Origin: the human T2T-CHM13v2.0 reference genome, Homo sapiens
Length of the DNA: 64,000 bases
Assembly: GCF_009914755.1 (NCBI RefSeq)
Contig: NC_060945.1
Strand: one strand, 5' to 3'
A model generated the notes under the pieces. That model did no database searches. It was not told the origin of the DNA and saw only the letters and a list, made by a program, of their open reading frames with translations. The translations under genes were made by a program, and so were the position numbers. How positions within the stretch are numbered: the stretch's first letter is position 1; each line of letters opens with the position of its first letter. Positions 24,026 through 37,540 of this stretch are shown in pieces.

Positions 24026-24757
24026 GGAGTGACAGAGAGGGAGAGTGTGCACACATACTGGGTCTATGCCCCAAGGGCCACTCCCACCCCTACCATGGAG
24101 ATGCGGTGCCCTTGGGGGTCTGCCCTCTGTGACCCCCAGGCATGTGAATTTTCTAAAACTGGCTTCTCCCCTCTTGGCTCCTGTCCGTCCCAGATCCAGC
24201 ATCCACGTACATTTGACGCCAATGGAAACTCTGCCTTGTGACTCGTGGAGGGGCCTCCTCAAGGGGCGTGTGACTGTGAGGGGGCCAGGCTGGGCTCGCT
24301 TGTGTGGAGGGGAGGGGCACGCTGCGGGGGGTGGGGGGGCGCCACCCCCACCAGGCCAGCCTCAGGGCAGCCGGGGCAGAACCTGTGGCTCTGGGGTAAA
24401 TGCCGGGGCCAGCTTAAAGGAGTCAGCTCTCTGCAGCCTGCCTCGGCTGGGTGGGAACGAGTCCAGGCTTCCAGGCATTTGGAACCCGAGCAGCTGCAGG
24501 GACAGGCTGGAGCCTCAGCCTTCCCTCCCCGACCCCAGACCCTCTCTGGCCCCTCTTAACCCAGCCAGATGAGCTGTTTGCGAAACCTGGCCTGTCGCAG
24601 ACTGCGGAGAGATCTGAGGAGGAAGGAAACCGTTTCTTAGCACCTCCAGCAGTTCAAGCCCACTTCGAGCCCTCCACGTCCGGGCTTTCTCCTCCTTTGC
24701 AAATCTGCTCCTGTTTCTGCGCTTCCAGGAGCCTGGCTGGGGCTGGAAATAGAAATG

Positions 24758-25430
24758 CATTCCATGCATTCATTCTCTCAACAAATATTTACTAAGCACC
24801 TCCTCAGGGCAGGCCGGGGCTGGGCACAGCGTCATCCTCCGCCTCCTCGTCCTCCTCCTCACCAGTGAGCAAAACAGACAAAGCCTGCACCTACGCGGAG
24901 TGGATGCCCTAGTGGGGGAGCAAAGGGAGGGGGAAGAAGTGCATCTCGTAGTATAGGGAAGCCTGAGAGCTTTGACAGGGCAGCCGGGAGCCGGGGGTCA
25001 CAGTTCCACCTGGCTGTTGGCGGCATTTGATCAGGAGACAGTCGCTGGAGGCCGTGAGCCCAGCAGCGTGGAGCTCCCTCGACTGCTGTGACTTCCGCGT
25101 GGAGCACAGACGGCGGCGGGGGTGGATGGGAAACTGTAGGAGTCTCGTGCAGTCATCCAGGCCAGCGAGGCAGGGAAGTGGGCAGATTCCGGATGCATTC
25201 CGATGACAGAGCTCATGGGGTTCCTGGAAACCAGGAGAACGCGATTCACTCTGAGCAACTGGAAGGATGGCTCTGTCACCACCCAAGAGGGGGATGGCCG
25301 TGTGCAGGGATGGGAGGCGGGAGCGGCTGTGCACTCAGGGCAGGAGGGATGTCTCTCGTGAGACATTTACTGGATGTCCACTTGAAGGAAGCAGTTGGGG
25401 ACACAGTCCGGAGGCCAGGGGCGAGCGGGG
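24758..25430 (-). mobile_element. L2 3' region, degraded
   Basis: CATTCATTCTCTCAACAAATATTTACTAAGCACCT...AGTGAGCAAAACAGACAAA. Confidence 0.7.
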
Positions 25431-25802
25431 TTGCAGAGACACCCAGGAGCCATGGAGAGTACTCACTGCCTTGACAAATCTCTTTTAATTCCTAGACCCA
25501 GGAAAAGTCTTGCAAATGTTTATCTGGCATCTCCCCCAATGGTCCCCACCCTGTAGGAAAAAGTTCCTCAGGACTCCAGGGCCAATTTTGAGTCCTCCCA
25601 AGGGTTCAAAGTCCTCCTCAGTCTCCTGAAGCTGGAGACACGCTGGTCATGCGTGAGCCTTCACGTCCCTCTCTCTGTCAGCAGAAGCCCCACCAACCCC
25701 CCAGGAACCCTGACCACCACAGGAAGGCCGCAGTCTGATGGTGAGGCTGCTTCTGTGGCCCAGGTCCTGAAACCAGGAAGAAATTAGATGAGAAGGCTCC
25801 TA

Positions 25803-26509
<707 letters not shown>

Positions 26510-27230
26510 AAGTCTGGTGTAGAGTGATCGAGTGACATCACACAGAGCCCTCCGGGGCTGCACCTCTCAGAGGCAGGGAGCAGTGAGTGAGTGTGTGCAG
26601 GCCAGGCAGTCATGGGCGCTCCGTCAGCAGCAGGCACGCACCCCCCGACCCTGGGGACACCAGTTGTGTCAAGAGAGACTCACCGTCCACCTCCTGGCTG
26701 TGGGCAGAGAAGCTACTCCTTAGACCAGGTGGTGCTTCTGGGGGAGGGGAGCGAGGCCCAAGAGGGGCTGAGGGGCAAGAAGAGGAAGTGAACGTCCTCA
26801 GGTGAACCACAGCTGGGGTAGGAGAGGGCAGGAGGGGGTCTGGGAGGGCAGCCCCACCAGAGACAACTTCCTTTGAGTGCTTATCGGGACCTTGGCACAT
26901 AAGGAACCCAAATGCCAATGGGTCAGCAGTGGGCACAGAGCTGGTCAGAGGGTGTGTGGCCTGTGGTCAGTGGTTCGGGGAAAGACAAGGATGCAGTGAA
27001 AGCAGTGTGGGCCATGGCTGGACAGTGAGCTGAGGGCTGACAGGACTCATCCTAGCCAGTGCTGACCTCCTGGGGTCCAGTGCACCCCTGATCATGCAGG
27101 TAGCCCCATCAGGATTGAAATGGGGAGCACGGATGATGATTTCTGCAGGTGGTTGGAAAGCAGATAGCAAATGCCATGAGCTTTCTCTAGAAAATGGCCA
27201 GCTTTATTTACAAGAGTGAGAACATTACTA

Positions 27231-28907
27231 ACACCACCACTGCCACCACTACCATCGCCACTATCATCCCATCATTATCACTACAATCACCACCACCACC
27301 ATCACCACCATCACCATCACCACCATCACCACCATCACCATCACCACCACCACCACCACCACCACCACCATCACCACCATCACCACCACCACCATCACCA
27401 CCACCATCACCAACATCATCACCACCATCACCACCATCACCATCACCACCACCATCACCACCACCATCACCAACATCATCACCACCATCACCATCACCAC
27501 CACCACCACCACCATCACCACCATCACCACCATCAGCATCACCACCATCAGCATCACCACCATCAGCATCACCACCACCACCACCACCACCATCACCACC
27601 ACCAACACCACCACCATCACCACCATCACCACCACCACCATCACCACCACCATCACCACCACCACCATCACCACCACCATCACCACCAACACCACCACCA
27701 TCACCATCACCATCACCATCATGACCATCACCATCACCATCACCACCATCACCATCACCACCACCAACACCACCACCAACACCACCACCACCATCACCAT
27801 CACCACCACCACCACCATCACCATCACCCCACCATCACCATCACCACCATCATCACCACCACCATCACCACCATCAGCATCACCACCATCACCATCACCA
27901 CCATCACCACCATCACCACCACCAACACCACCACCATCACCACCATCACCACCACCACCATCACCACCACCAACACCGCCACCATCACCATCACCACCAT
28001 CACCATCATGACCATCACCATCACCACAACCATCACCATCACCACCACCAACACCACCACGACAATCACCACCACCACCACCACCACCACCATCACCACC
28101 ACCACCACCATCACCATCACCACCACCATCACCATCACCACCATCATCACCACCACCATCACCACCATCATCACCACCATCATCACCACCATCACCACCA
28201 CCATCACCACCACCACCACCACCACCATCACCATCATCACCATCACCATCACCACCATCACCACCACCATCACCACCACCACCATCACCAACACCAATAC
28301 CACCATCACCACCACCATCACCATCACCATCAGCAGCATCATCACCACCATCATCACCACCATCAACATCACCACCATCACCATCAGCATCATCATCACC
28401 ACCATCATCACCACCACCACCATCACCACCACCACCAACACCACCACCATCACCATCACCACCATCACCATCATGACCATCACCATCACCACCACCATCA
28501 CCATCACCACCACCAACACCACCACAACAATCACCACCACCAACACCACCACCACCACCATCACCATCACCACCACCACCACTACCACCACCATCACCAT
28601 CACCATCATCATCACCACCACCATCACCACCATCATCACCACCATCATCACCACCATCACCACCACCACCACCATCACCACCAACACCACCATCACCACC
28701 ACCATCACCATCACCATCAGCAGCATCATCACCACCATCATCACCACCATCACCATCACCACCATCACCATCAGCAGCATCATCACCACCATCATCACCA
28801 CCATCACCATCACCACCATCACCACCACCACCATCACCATCACCACCACCACCATCAACATCACCACCACCATCACCACCACCACCATCACCATCACTAC
28901 CACCACC
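27231..28907. repeat. ~1.7-kb (CAC/CAT)n triplet array, (TGG/TGA)n on the minus strand
   Basis: Seen directly; one phase break (CCCC) at 27827-27830. Confidence 0.99.
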
Positions 28908-28926
28908 TAGCTACTACTCTCGGGGG

Positions 28927-29385
28927 TAAGGACTGGATATTTCTGGTTGCCCCACATCCTCTCTCCATCCCTCTTCCTGCCACCTGTACTGCACTTCTGA
29001 AAGCTGCCCGCTAGGCAGGTGACTTCTCCCTCTAGGCTCCTTCACCTCTGGGCTTCTGTTTGGGGCTTCAGCCAATCAAAGATGGTGGCAGGACATCAGA
29101 TTCAGGAAGGACAGACAGGACAGGAGGGACCTTCTGACCACGTCCCTCCAGGAGCACACCCTCCTGCCAGGTGGCCCCTCCCCGGGGCTCTGACCCCTGT
29201 TCTGGCAACAGCTTTCCTTCTTTTGCTTCCTTGGTCCTGGGCGTGGTCACGCCTTCCACTACCACAGGCCCCTTGGTGTTTTTCCCTCAACCTGCCGACA
29301 CCTCTGAAAATGCTCTTTTCATAAACAAATCTCTTCAAACACCCCTGACGAGTGGGCCATCTGTTTCCTGCCCAGACTCTGAGAG
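28927..29385 (+). mobile_element. LTR33-like (ERVL) solo LTR
   Basis: CTGGATATTTCTGGTTGCCCC...TTCAGCCAATC...GGCAGGACATCAGA; 3' end GCCATCTGTTTCCTGCC. Confidence 0.75.
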
Positions 29386-30894
29386 GTGTCTGTCTTGCAG
29401 TGTGCCAGGATGGCACACACAGCCAGGGAATCCCAGCAGCACCTGTGCAAGACCAGCACCACGGCAAAGTGTCTGGCGTTACCTGTGCCCGCAGTGTCCA
29501 GGCTGAACTCAGGGCCGGGGCCTATCCTGGGGCTCTGCAGGAAAGCCAGGCTTCAGGCAGACGGGGCCTGGGCAAGCTCCAGAACCCAGAGGTGGTGAGA
29601 AGGCAGGAAAGATCCCGGGAATCAGATAGGCCAGGTGCTATGCTGGAGGGGTGACCTGCTGCGGGCCCCAGAACCTGTCCTGACTGCCCCAGGCTGTGAT
29701 GGTCTGGCTGAACTCTGGTGTCCGAGAGCCTTGGAGAGAGGGCAAAGAAAGCCCCTGGCCACGGGGACCCACCACGCCACGCCACGCCACGCCAGGGCAG
29801 TGGGGAACTTCCAGGCTGGCTCCTCTCTCCTGTGCATGGCCCGCCTCCCTGCCTCCATCCCCTCCTGATTCCCATCCTGTCCTTCCCCTGCTCCCACCCC
29901 ATTCTATTTTCACCAAAGCAGCTCCCTGGTTTCCCAGCTCAGAAGCCTCTGATGGGATGGGCGTGAGGAGCGCCAGCCCCTGCTGTCCATTGGTCATGAC
30001 CTCCAAAGAAAGCAACCCCCAGAGCAAGGGGACAAGGAGGCACCTCACTGCATCCTGGGCTGGCCTCTCCTGTTCCCTTGACTCCAGGACGGGAGCCCAG
30101 AGTGGGTGCCTGTACCCCGGGAGGGTCTGCAGAAGCAGGCGGGTGGGACTCTGTCATTTCTCTACCAGCTCCTTCCGGAGAGTCCACCACTCCTGAGCTT
30201 CAGGGGTGCCCGGACAAACCCCAGCAGGGGCCACAGGCTGTGGTGGGGGGCACTGTCCCAGGCAGGAGGAAACTGGCCTCACTGCACAGGTGTGGCTGGA
30301 AAGGAAGTGTGAGTTTCTGGCGTGGAGCCCAACTGGGGCTGAGACAGCACTTTCCCTCCCCTGGGACCCCAGCTCCTTCCAGGGTCTGTGTGACCCCATT
30401 TCCTTCCAGGTCTGGATCCTTGGCACGACAGCAGCCTCAGTCACTCTTCCTTCCTGCCGCCTCTGCAGCTGCCTCCTGCTGCCTCCTACCTCTTTCTCTC
30501 CTGTTCTTCTCCGTAGTAACACTGGTAGCTGCCACCCCCAGCCCCTGCTGGACACGGCTGTGAGAGCCATCTGGGGGCAGGTCACCCTTTCCCGGAGCAC
30601 ACTCTCATCTTGGGACTGTGAACTACCCCCAAAGATCTGGGAGGTGTCCCAGGTGCCCTGACAAAGCCACCGTTTCTTTGGAATCTCATATTTTTATATG
30701 AACAATCCCAGTGTGTCCTCCTCCACTGCCCTATCAACACTGGCGCTAATGGGCAGTGCAGCCTCCCCTCAGCCTCTGCCTACAAGGACAGTGCTCCAGG
30801 AACCAGGCGTCTCCATCGTGCCGCTCTGCCTACCCCTCCCGGCCCATCAGGATGGACACGAGTGCGCATCCCCAGAACTTAGTTGAGAATGACC

Positions 30895-31350
30895 TGCAGT
30901 GTGGTGGCCCCAAAGATGACCAGGCCCTAATCCTGGGAGCTGTGAAAATGTCTCACCTTACATGGCAGAGGGTAGCTGGGGCGGGTCCCCAGCCGGCTGG
31001 CAGTGGAGAGGCACCTGGGTTCCCCGGCAGGCCCGGTGTGAGCACAGAGGGCAGGGGAGGGAGGACACCCAGCATCAGATGCAACACAAGGGCCCCGCCC
31101 CCCACAGCTGGCTTGGAACCGAGGAAGAGGCTGTGAGCCAGGGAATGCGGGTGGCCTCGGGAAGCAGGAAAAGGCAGGGAAGTGGCTTCTCCCTGAGCCT
31201 GCAGGAGGAAGGCCGCCTGGCCCACACTGTCATCTCCGTCAGCGAGAGCTGGGTCAGGACATCGACCTCCAGAAGCCTGAGAATCGATCTGCGTGTTCCA
31301 GCCGCTGAGTGTCTGGCCGTCTGTTACCACAGGGCTGGGGAGGCATGGAC
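30895..31350 (+). mobile_element. MLT1D-like LTR
   Basis: GGCCCCAAAGATG...CCTAATCC...CCTTACATGGCA...GAGCCAGGGAATGCGGGTGGCCTC...GGAAAAGGCAGGGAA. Confidence 0.8.
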
Positions 31351-33589
31351 TAAGCAACAAGCCCCATGGGGATCTCAGTTCTGCCCCCATGAGTGTGCGA
31401 CCAGGAGTGACCACAGCCTCCCTGAACCCGGAATTCTCCACCTGGAGCACGGTCCGTGAAGAGCCAGGCTGGCTTAGGGAGACAACACGATAGCGCCTGG
31501 TAGGACGGCCTCCTCCGTCAGGGCGGCACCTCTGTCCAGGGACATCACCAGGTGGGGGTGGGCTGCAGGGGCTGGGGAGGAGGGACAGGCCCTGATGAGG
31601 GAGAGGTGCCCTCCAAAGATGACCAAGGCGTCAGCATCTGCCTCTAGGCAGGGCTCCCAACCTCGCACCCCGAGTGGGCTGCAGGTCAGTGGAGTTGTTG
31701 GTCCCACCTGGCCTGGGACTGGACGGACCCCCAGCAAGGAACCTCAGGGGCACCCAGCTCTCCTTGTGGCTGGGAATGGGACCCAGTGAGCACGCTCTGC
31801 CCAGGGTCTTTAAACACAAGTCAGTCTGTCCTCAGTGTTTAAAGCCAGCCCCGATGACCAGCAGAGTCCCCTTCCCAGGCCAGGAGCTGTGGCCCCGGCA
31901 TGCGCCCTCCAGCCTGGGGAGAGGGGCCGTCTTGGAGCTCAGCAATCAGCTGAGGTGGGGTGTTTGAGCCGAGGAGCAGAGGGCGTCTGCAGAGGTGAGC
32001 TGAGGGAGGCAGGTCAGGCTGTCGGGGGCAGTTGCTGCCAGGAGTTGGGGGCAGCCTGCTGGCGGGGGCACCTGGACGGTGCCTGGGCTGTTGACTGACT
32101 CAAGGTAGGTTGGAGGGGTTGGGGGAGCTGCCTTCTTGGGAGGCCTTTGCGAGGATAAAGCGTGGAATGTCAGAGATGACTCACATCTTCTGTTCCTGGG
32201 TGGGCGGGGTCGGTGACGAAGGGCGGTCGGGAGGAGACACACGTGGGGTCACATAGCTGGACTCAAACCCGGCTCTTTCCCAGGGAAGTGCTGCACTCAC
32301 GCCTGACGCTCCCTGGAGCGCCCTGTAGGGACCCCACGAAGTGCACCTTCTTCTCGCCCCTCCTGGCCACTGTGTTTCTCAGGAGTATCCTTTGAGGACC
32401 CTTTCAGTGAAATTGCAGGTTTCCAGCCGTGGCCAGGGCTCCTGCCAAGCCCCTCAATTAGCTGGAGTCCTTTGGTGGCCACAGGGTGGCCGGCCCACTG
32501 CTGCTGGGGGCCGTCAGGGCAGCCCGTCCTGGGAGAGACAATTCTCCAGCTTCCGCCTTCTCTTAGGGGACTGACCTGGTGCTTGTATCATGGAAACTGC
32601 TTTTAAAAACCCAGCTCCTGGGGAGACAGGGGTGTGAGCTCAGCACTGGGCTGCATATAGCCACCCCTGTCTCCCTGCGGGACCCTCTCTGCATCCCCAG
32701 AGCTGTGATGTCACCGTGACTCCCAGTAGCTGCTGAGCACCCGGCGTGAGCCCCTCCTGGCCAGCTCAGCACTGACGCAAATCAAAGGCTCCCAGCTCCC
32801 CGGGCAGCTGCCACTGCCCCAGCTGGCAGCCCTAGGCTGCCCGGGGTGAGGGGGGCTCTGGCGTGAGGCCTGCTATTTGAGGTCATCAGCTGCTCTTCAG
32901 GGGGCAGCCAACATGGCTTGTGGGGCTCCCCAGAGGTCAGGGAGAGGCAGATACTCTGAAGCTCCTGGTGGGGACGGTGGCCCCATGAAGCCACAGGTTC
33001 TGCCTGCCAGGCCAGCCCCTGCTCGTCTCCCTGTTCCCGGCGGATGGTGGCCCCTTGGCTGTGGTCATTGGCGGTGTGGCCCGAGTGGCACTTGAAGCAT
33101 GGCAGGAATTCAGGCCAGGGTGCCCACAGGCTGTGAGGCAGGCGCCGTGCCTGCCCCAGGGGTGTGAAGGTGGCACATGGGGGCCATGTGCCATGTGTGG
33201 TGGCACATGGGGTCATGCAGGGCAGCCTCTGCAGGGGGTGAGCGGCATGTGGGCCGTGTCCTATTTCCTCTGGGTCCCTTTATACCTGGGCTTCTTAACA
33301 GCAGCTAGTGGGAGCTACAGCTGCTGGCCTCCGTCAGCCTCCCAGGGACTGTCTCATCTTTCAGAAGATCCTCGCCAGGGCGGCTCACCGCCACACGGAC
33401 ACACGGAACGAGTCTTCTGAGAGCCACATGGGAGCTGGGCTGCATAATGGGAGGCCTGGGGCGCCCTTTAGACCCCACCAGACTGGAGCCACCATGGAGA
33501 TCTCAGCTGCCCTGGTGAGCGCCACCCACTGCTCCACAGACACACGCTGCCAGCCTGCAGGAGCAACCTGTGCATCCTTAAATAGGCGC

Positions 33590-34040
33590 GTGCACACACA
33601 CACACACAAACATACACATGCACACACACACACTCATACACATGCACAAACATACACACGCACACACACACATACACAAACATACACACATACACAAACA
33701 TACACATATATACGCATACACACATACTCATACACACATGCACACACACATATGCACACACATACACATGCACACACATACGCACGCATACACACATACA
33801 CGCACTCATGCACACACATACTTATACACACACGTGCACATATACACATACACATACACTTGGGCTTACACACACATTCCCGTGCACACCCACACAACAC
33901 ACTCACTTGCACATACATATGCACGCACACACACATCAAGCACATGTACAGGACACGAGCACACACACGTGTGCAAAATGTGTGCACACATGTACACAGC
34001 ACATATGTGTGTATGCAATGCAAGCACACGTTCACATGCA
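33590..34040. repeat. Degenerate (CA)n tract
   Basis: Seen directly. Confidence 0.9.
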
Positions 34041-34639
34041 TAACGGCAGAGAGCGTGTCTCAGGATTTTGACCGTTTCTCTGTCCCCTCCACGACACACA
34101 CACTGTGCAGCTGGGGCTGAGACCCTCTGCCCTGCACTCAGTTGGCATGAAGGATCAGGGTGTCCACGGGCTGAGAATGGCCACCTGGGGGCTGACAATG
34201 GGGCAGCTGTTCAGGGTCAGGGTGGGTCCAGGTGGGTGGGACGAGACTGGGGTTGAGGACGATGATGTGAGGCCCCCCCCAGGGCACCTTTGCCCCCGAC
34301 AGGCAGCCCGGGGTGAGAACTGGCTCCAGCCACCTTTATCCGATACGTGAGGCAGACAGTCACGGGACACGGTGGACATGACGCTCTGCTGTGCAGAGAA
34401 ACCGCTCTGTGTGCACAGCCCAAGTTCACTGGGCGGTCACAGCTGGGTAAGGATGGGGAACACAGCAGCCTGTGACCTCTCAGCCACTGCAGAGGCCACC
34501 TGTGTGGGTGGCCTTCAGAGGGCAGAACCCTCCCTGGGGACGCACCTGCCTCAGGCGCGGCCTGTGCATTCCTGCCTGGAGACAGGAGCTACCAGTCCCC
34601 GGCGCTGTTTACCTTCCGTCTGGCGGCCCAGCAGAGAGC

Positions 34640-34702
34640 CACCGCCCTCCCCTCTCCTGGCCTATATATAAGGCCTTGTCCTGGCTTTGCCCTGGGCGGG
34701 GA
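34640..34702. promoter_or_regulatory. Candidate TATA/MEF2 element between two GC boxes
   Basis: CCGCCC at 34642, CTATATATAA at 34662-34671, GGGCGGGG at 34694. Confidence 0.35.
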
Positions 34703-35053
34703 CGCTGCTGTACTGTGCTGACCCTCTGCTCCCAGAAACCCAGGGCCACTGGCAGCTTCAGGGACAACCCTGCCTCTGAATTGGGGCCACGGACACCCAG
34801 GTTACTCACAAAATAGGTGCCCTTTTCCATGCAGATAGCTGAAGTGCAGACCCAGAGCTCGTGGGATTGCTGGTGGAAACTTCCAGAAGCATGCAGCAGG
34901 ATTGCCATGGGGTTAGGAAGCCAAACAATCAGCAGACAGGCAGGTGCATCTCGGTAGGACCCCCCTCTGGGGAGGTCCCTGAACTGCATCTCCTGCTGGG
35001 GTCAGGACCAGCCTGCTTCCCAGAGCGCCCCGTGTGCTCCCATAGCAGGGCCG

Positions 35054-35116
35054 GGCTGGCACTCCTGGGCAGGACCGGCACTCCTGGGCCAGGCTGGCAC
35101 TCCTGGGCCGGGCTGG
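35054..35116. repeat. ~20-bp tandem repeat x3
   Basis: GGCACTCCTGGGC occurs three times. Confidence 0.8.
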
Positions 35117-36364
35117 TGTCAGCGGGCCCCAAAGACAGGCCCCAGGCCTGGGTGAACTCAGGGGCTCCAGCTGCAGCTCACCAGCCCAGGAAGTGGTTGC
35201 TGGGGGTCCTTAAGAGGCTCCATTCTCCCGGTGGGCTCCCCTGCATCCCCTCCGGCTGCCTCCCCCGCTGCACTAGCCTTTGCAGGTGTGTGTGTTTACC
35301 TTTAATAACTTAACCCTTTGGCCCAGTCTCCATCTGCCGACGCACAGCAGGCTGGCGGTCGTGCTCCCCACGTGGCAGGGCTGGTGGCCATCACCAGCAA
35401 GTGTGGGCAGGGCTGGAGGGGGGACCAAGCAAGGGCTTCTGCCCTCAGGCACAGCAAAAGCCAGAGAGGCGGAAGGACCCCTGCCCCCACCCCACCCGCT
35501 GGGGAAGGTGATGGTCAGGAGGGGGCTGATCGAGGGTTGCTCAGTCACCCCAAGATGAGGAGCAGTCGCTGGCACAGCCGCCTCGGCCCTCCTTCTCTCT
35601 TGGCAGGTAAATAGAGGCCCAGGTGGCACCCAGACCAAGGCAGACGCCTCTGCTCATTTTGGCCGAGCAAGGCCAAAGGCAGCCAAGGGTTGGTTTCCCT
35701 GCCCGCCCCCAGTCGAGAGTCAACATCCCACACACGCCAAACTGCCCTTTAGTTCCTAAGACGTAAATATTTGCTCTTCCGTTAAGAAAATACTCAGCGG
35801 TCCTCCTTTAAGTGCAGTGTATACCCCGGCGCCCTTCAAAAGCAAACACTGCTGTTTCCAAACAAGGAGTGCGAGGAGAAAGCCTGGGTGGGGGCTCCTG
35901 GGGGTGCACACCGACGCTGCGGGCTCTGCCCCGACCTGCCTGAATGTTCTCCAAGCCCAGGGCACCCAGGAAGGAAGCCGAGTTTGGCGAGAGGGAGACT
36001 GGCAGGAGCCCAGGGCCCTGAGACCGAGGCTGGGAGGAAGATCGGGCTGCTCTCCGCCACTTGGTGTTGCACGGCCGCCCCCAGGCCCCGCCTGGGGGCG
36101 GCAGGCAGGGGCTTCTGCTGGGAGTGAGCCAGTCTCCAGGCCCCCAGCCCCCACCCGACCTTGCCAGAGCAGCAGTCAGAGGGCAGAGAAAGGCAGGGAC
36201 CTTCAGTTGCACAGGAAGGTCTGCATCTGGGTCCGTTCTGCTTCTCACTGCACATGTGGCCTTGCGCAGCCTGTCCGCCTCTCGAGATCTCAATATTCTC
36301 ACTTTAAACTAAGGGAACACAGCTTCCTTGCACCGCCGCTGACCTCCCTGGGCTGGACCTAAGC

Positions 36365-36532
36365 TGTGGCTGGTGGCTGGGGGCCCCAGCTTATGGACTG
36401 GGGCGTTTCGTCCCAACAGTGTCTCGTGACTTCACGTCGGTAGGTTGGAATCGGCCATGCTGGGAGTGTTTGCACCACGGGAACTGGTGAATGCTGTGCG
36501 TCAAAGCCAGGTCACCGCCCACCGACGGCCCT
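36365..36532. mobile_element. MER63 (hAT-Blackjack) element
   Basis: TCACGTCGGTAGGTTGGAATCGGCCATGCTGGGAGTGTTTGCACCACGGGAACTGG matches the recalled MER63 core. Confidence 0.8.
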
Positions 36533-37419
36533 GGTCTCCCAGGGCCCCTCTCGCCTCACCTTGGGGGCTGCATTACAGACTGGAAAGGCTGCTTATGAGC
36601 ATGGCACATGGTGGACCCTTGCTACAGGAGTCACACGAATGCATGAGAAAACCAAGGAACAACTGAATAGACAGCTGGGGCCATGCTCTCTCACGTCTCC
36701 ACTTCTGCCGGGTGTCAGAACTTCCCAGGGCAGGGGAGCAGCCCCTTCCCACAGGCATCTCTCCCTGCAGAGAAGACGCCCCAGAAACCCACACTGCAGC
36801 GAGGGCCAGCGTGGCCCCCTGCCTCCCTGGCGACATCACAAGGGCCTCCATGCAAGTCCCAAGCGGTCCATCCGAGGTGCAGGGAAGCCGGGTGCCCGCG
36901 CTCTCTGACTGCTTCCTGTAGATACGTATCGAGCTGCCTGGGAGCCTCTTCGACCTGGGTGGGTGCGTCCCTGTGCCCCAGCCCCCTCCGGAGAGGCTCC
37001 TCACTCCCAGCTCAAGCAGATCCTAGAAGTTGTCTCTGATCTGGACCCCGCTCCAGACCACACTCTGGCTGGGAGCCGGGTTTGGGGCTGACCACGTGAG
37101 AACTCCCACGGACGTGGGTTAGCGCCTGCTCCAGGGCTGGCGGAGGAGGAAGGGTGCCCGGCCGCCCAGACCCCACCATCTCATCTGGGCCTGAGGCATC
37201 GGCCCGCAGAGCCCCAGTTCCCCGTCGCCGAGAGGGTATGAGAAGCGTGTGCCCAGCCAGAGCTCAGTGAGGACGACCTCTGACTTCCTTCATTTTAATC
37301 ACGTCTTTCCAGGGGCCTCTGGAGCTGATGCAGGGGCTCCCTGGGCCTCTCTAGGGGACAGTGTTACTGGCTTATTTTCTGCCAACAGGAGCAAAAGATT
37401 AGGCAACACATCACCCTGA

Positions 37420-37540
37420 GTTGGGCGGGGTGGAGGGTCGTGGTCAATCCCGTATCCACCACGTGATCCAATGAGAACAGGCAAGGCCCGGGAACTGTGA
37501 GTAAGAAAGCGCTCGGGCTGAGTCACGTGCAGCTGAGCGG
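37420..37540. promoter_or_regulatory. Candidate enhancer: GC box, E-boxes, CCAAT and AP-1/ARE
   Basis: GGGCGGGG at 37423, CACGTG at 37460 and 37524, CCAAT at 37468, GCTGAGTCAC at 37517, CAGCTG at 37530. Confidence 0.45.

Noticed and set aside
23444-24262. Cys/Val- and His/Thr-rich ORFs (also 25.8-26.4, 33.3-34.2 and 59.9-60.3 kb)
   Set aside because: Products of (TG)n/(CA)n tracts
27216-28910. 564-aa poly-His/Thr ORF and the antisense poly-Val/Met ORFs
   Set aside because: Trivial translation of a stop-poor triplet array; GTG start; no exon evidence
29772-29793. (CCACG)4 run as an ATF6/XBP1 site array
   Set aside because: Simple pentanucleotide slippage with no partner CCAAT box
37444-37463. 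Possible ERSE (CCAAT-N9-CCACG)
   Set aside because: The sequence is TCAAT-N10-CCACG, so both the box and the spacing miss
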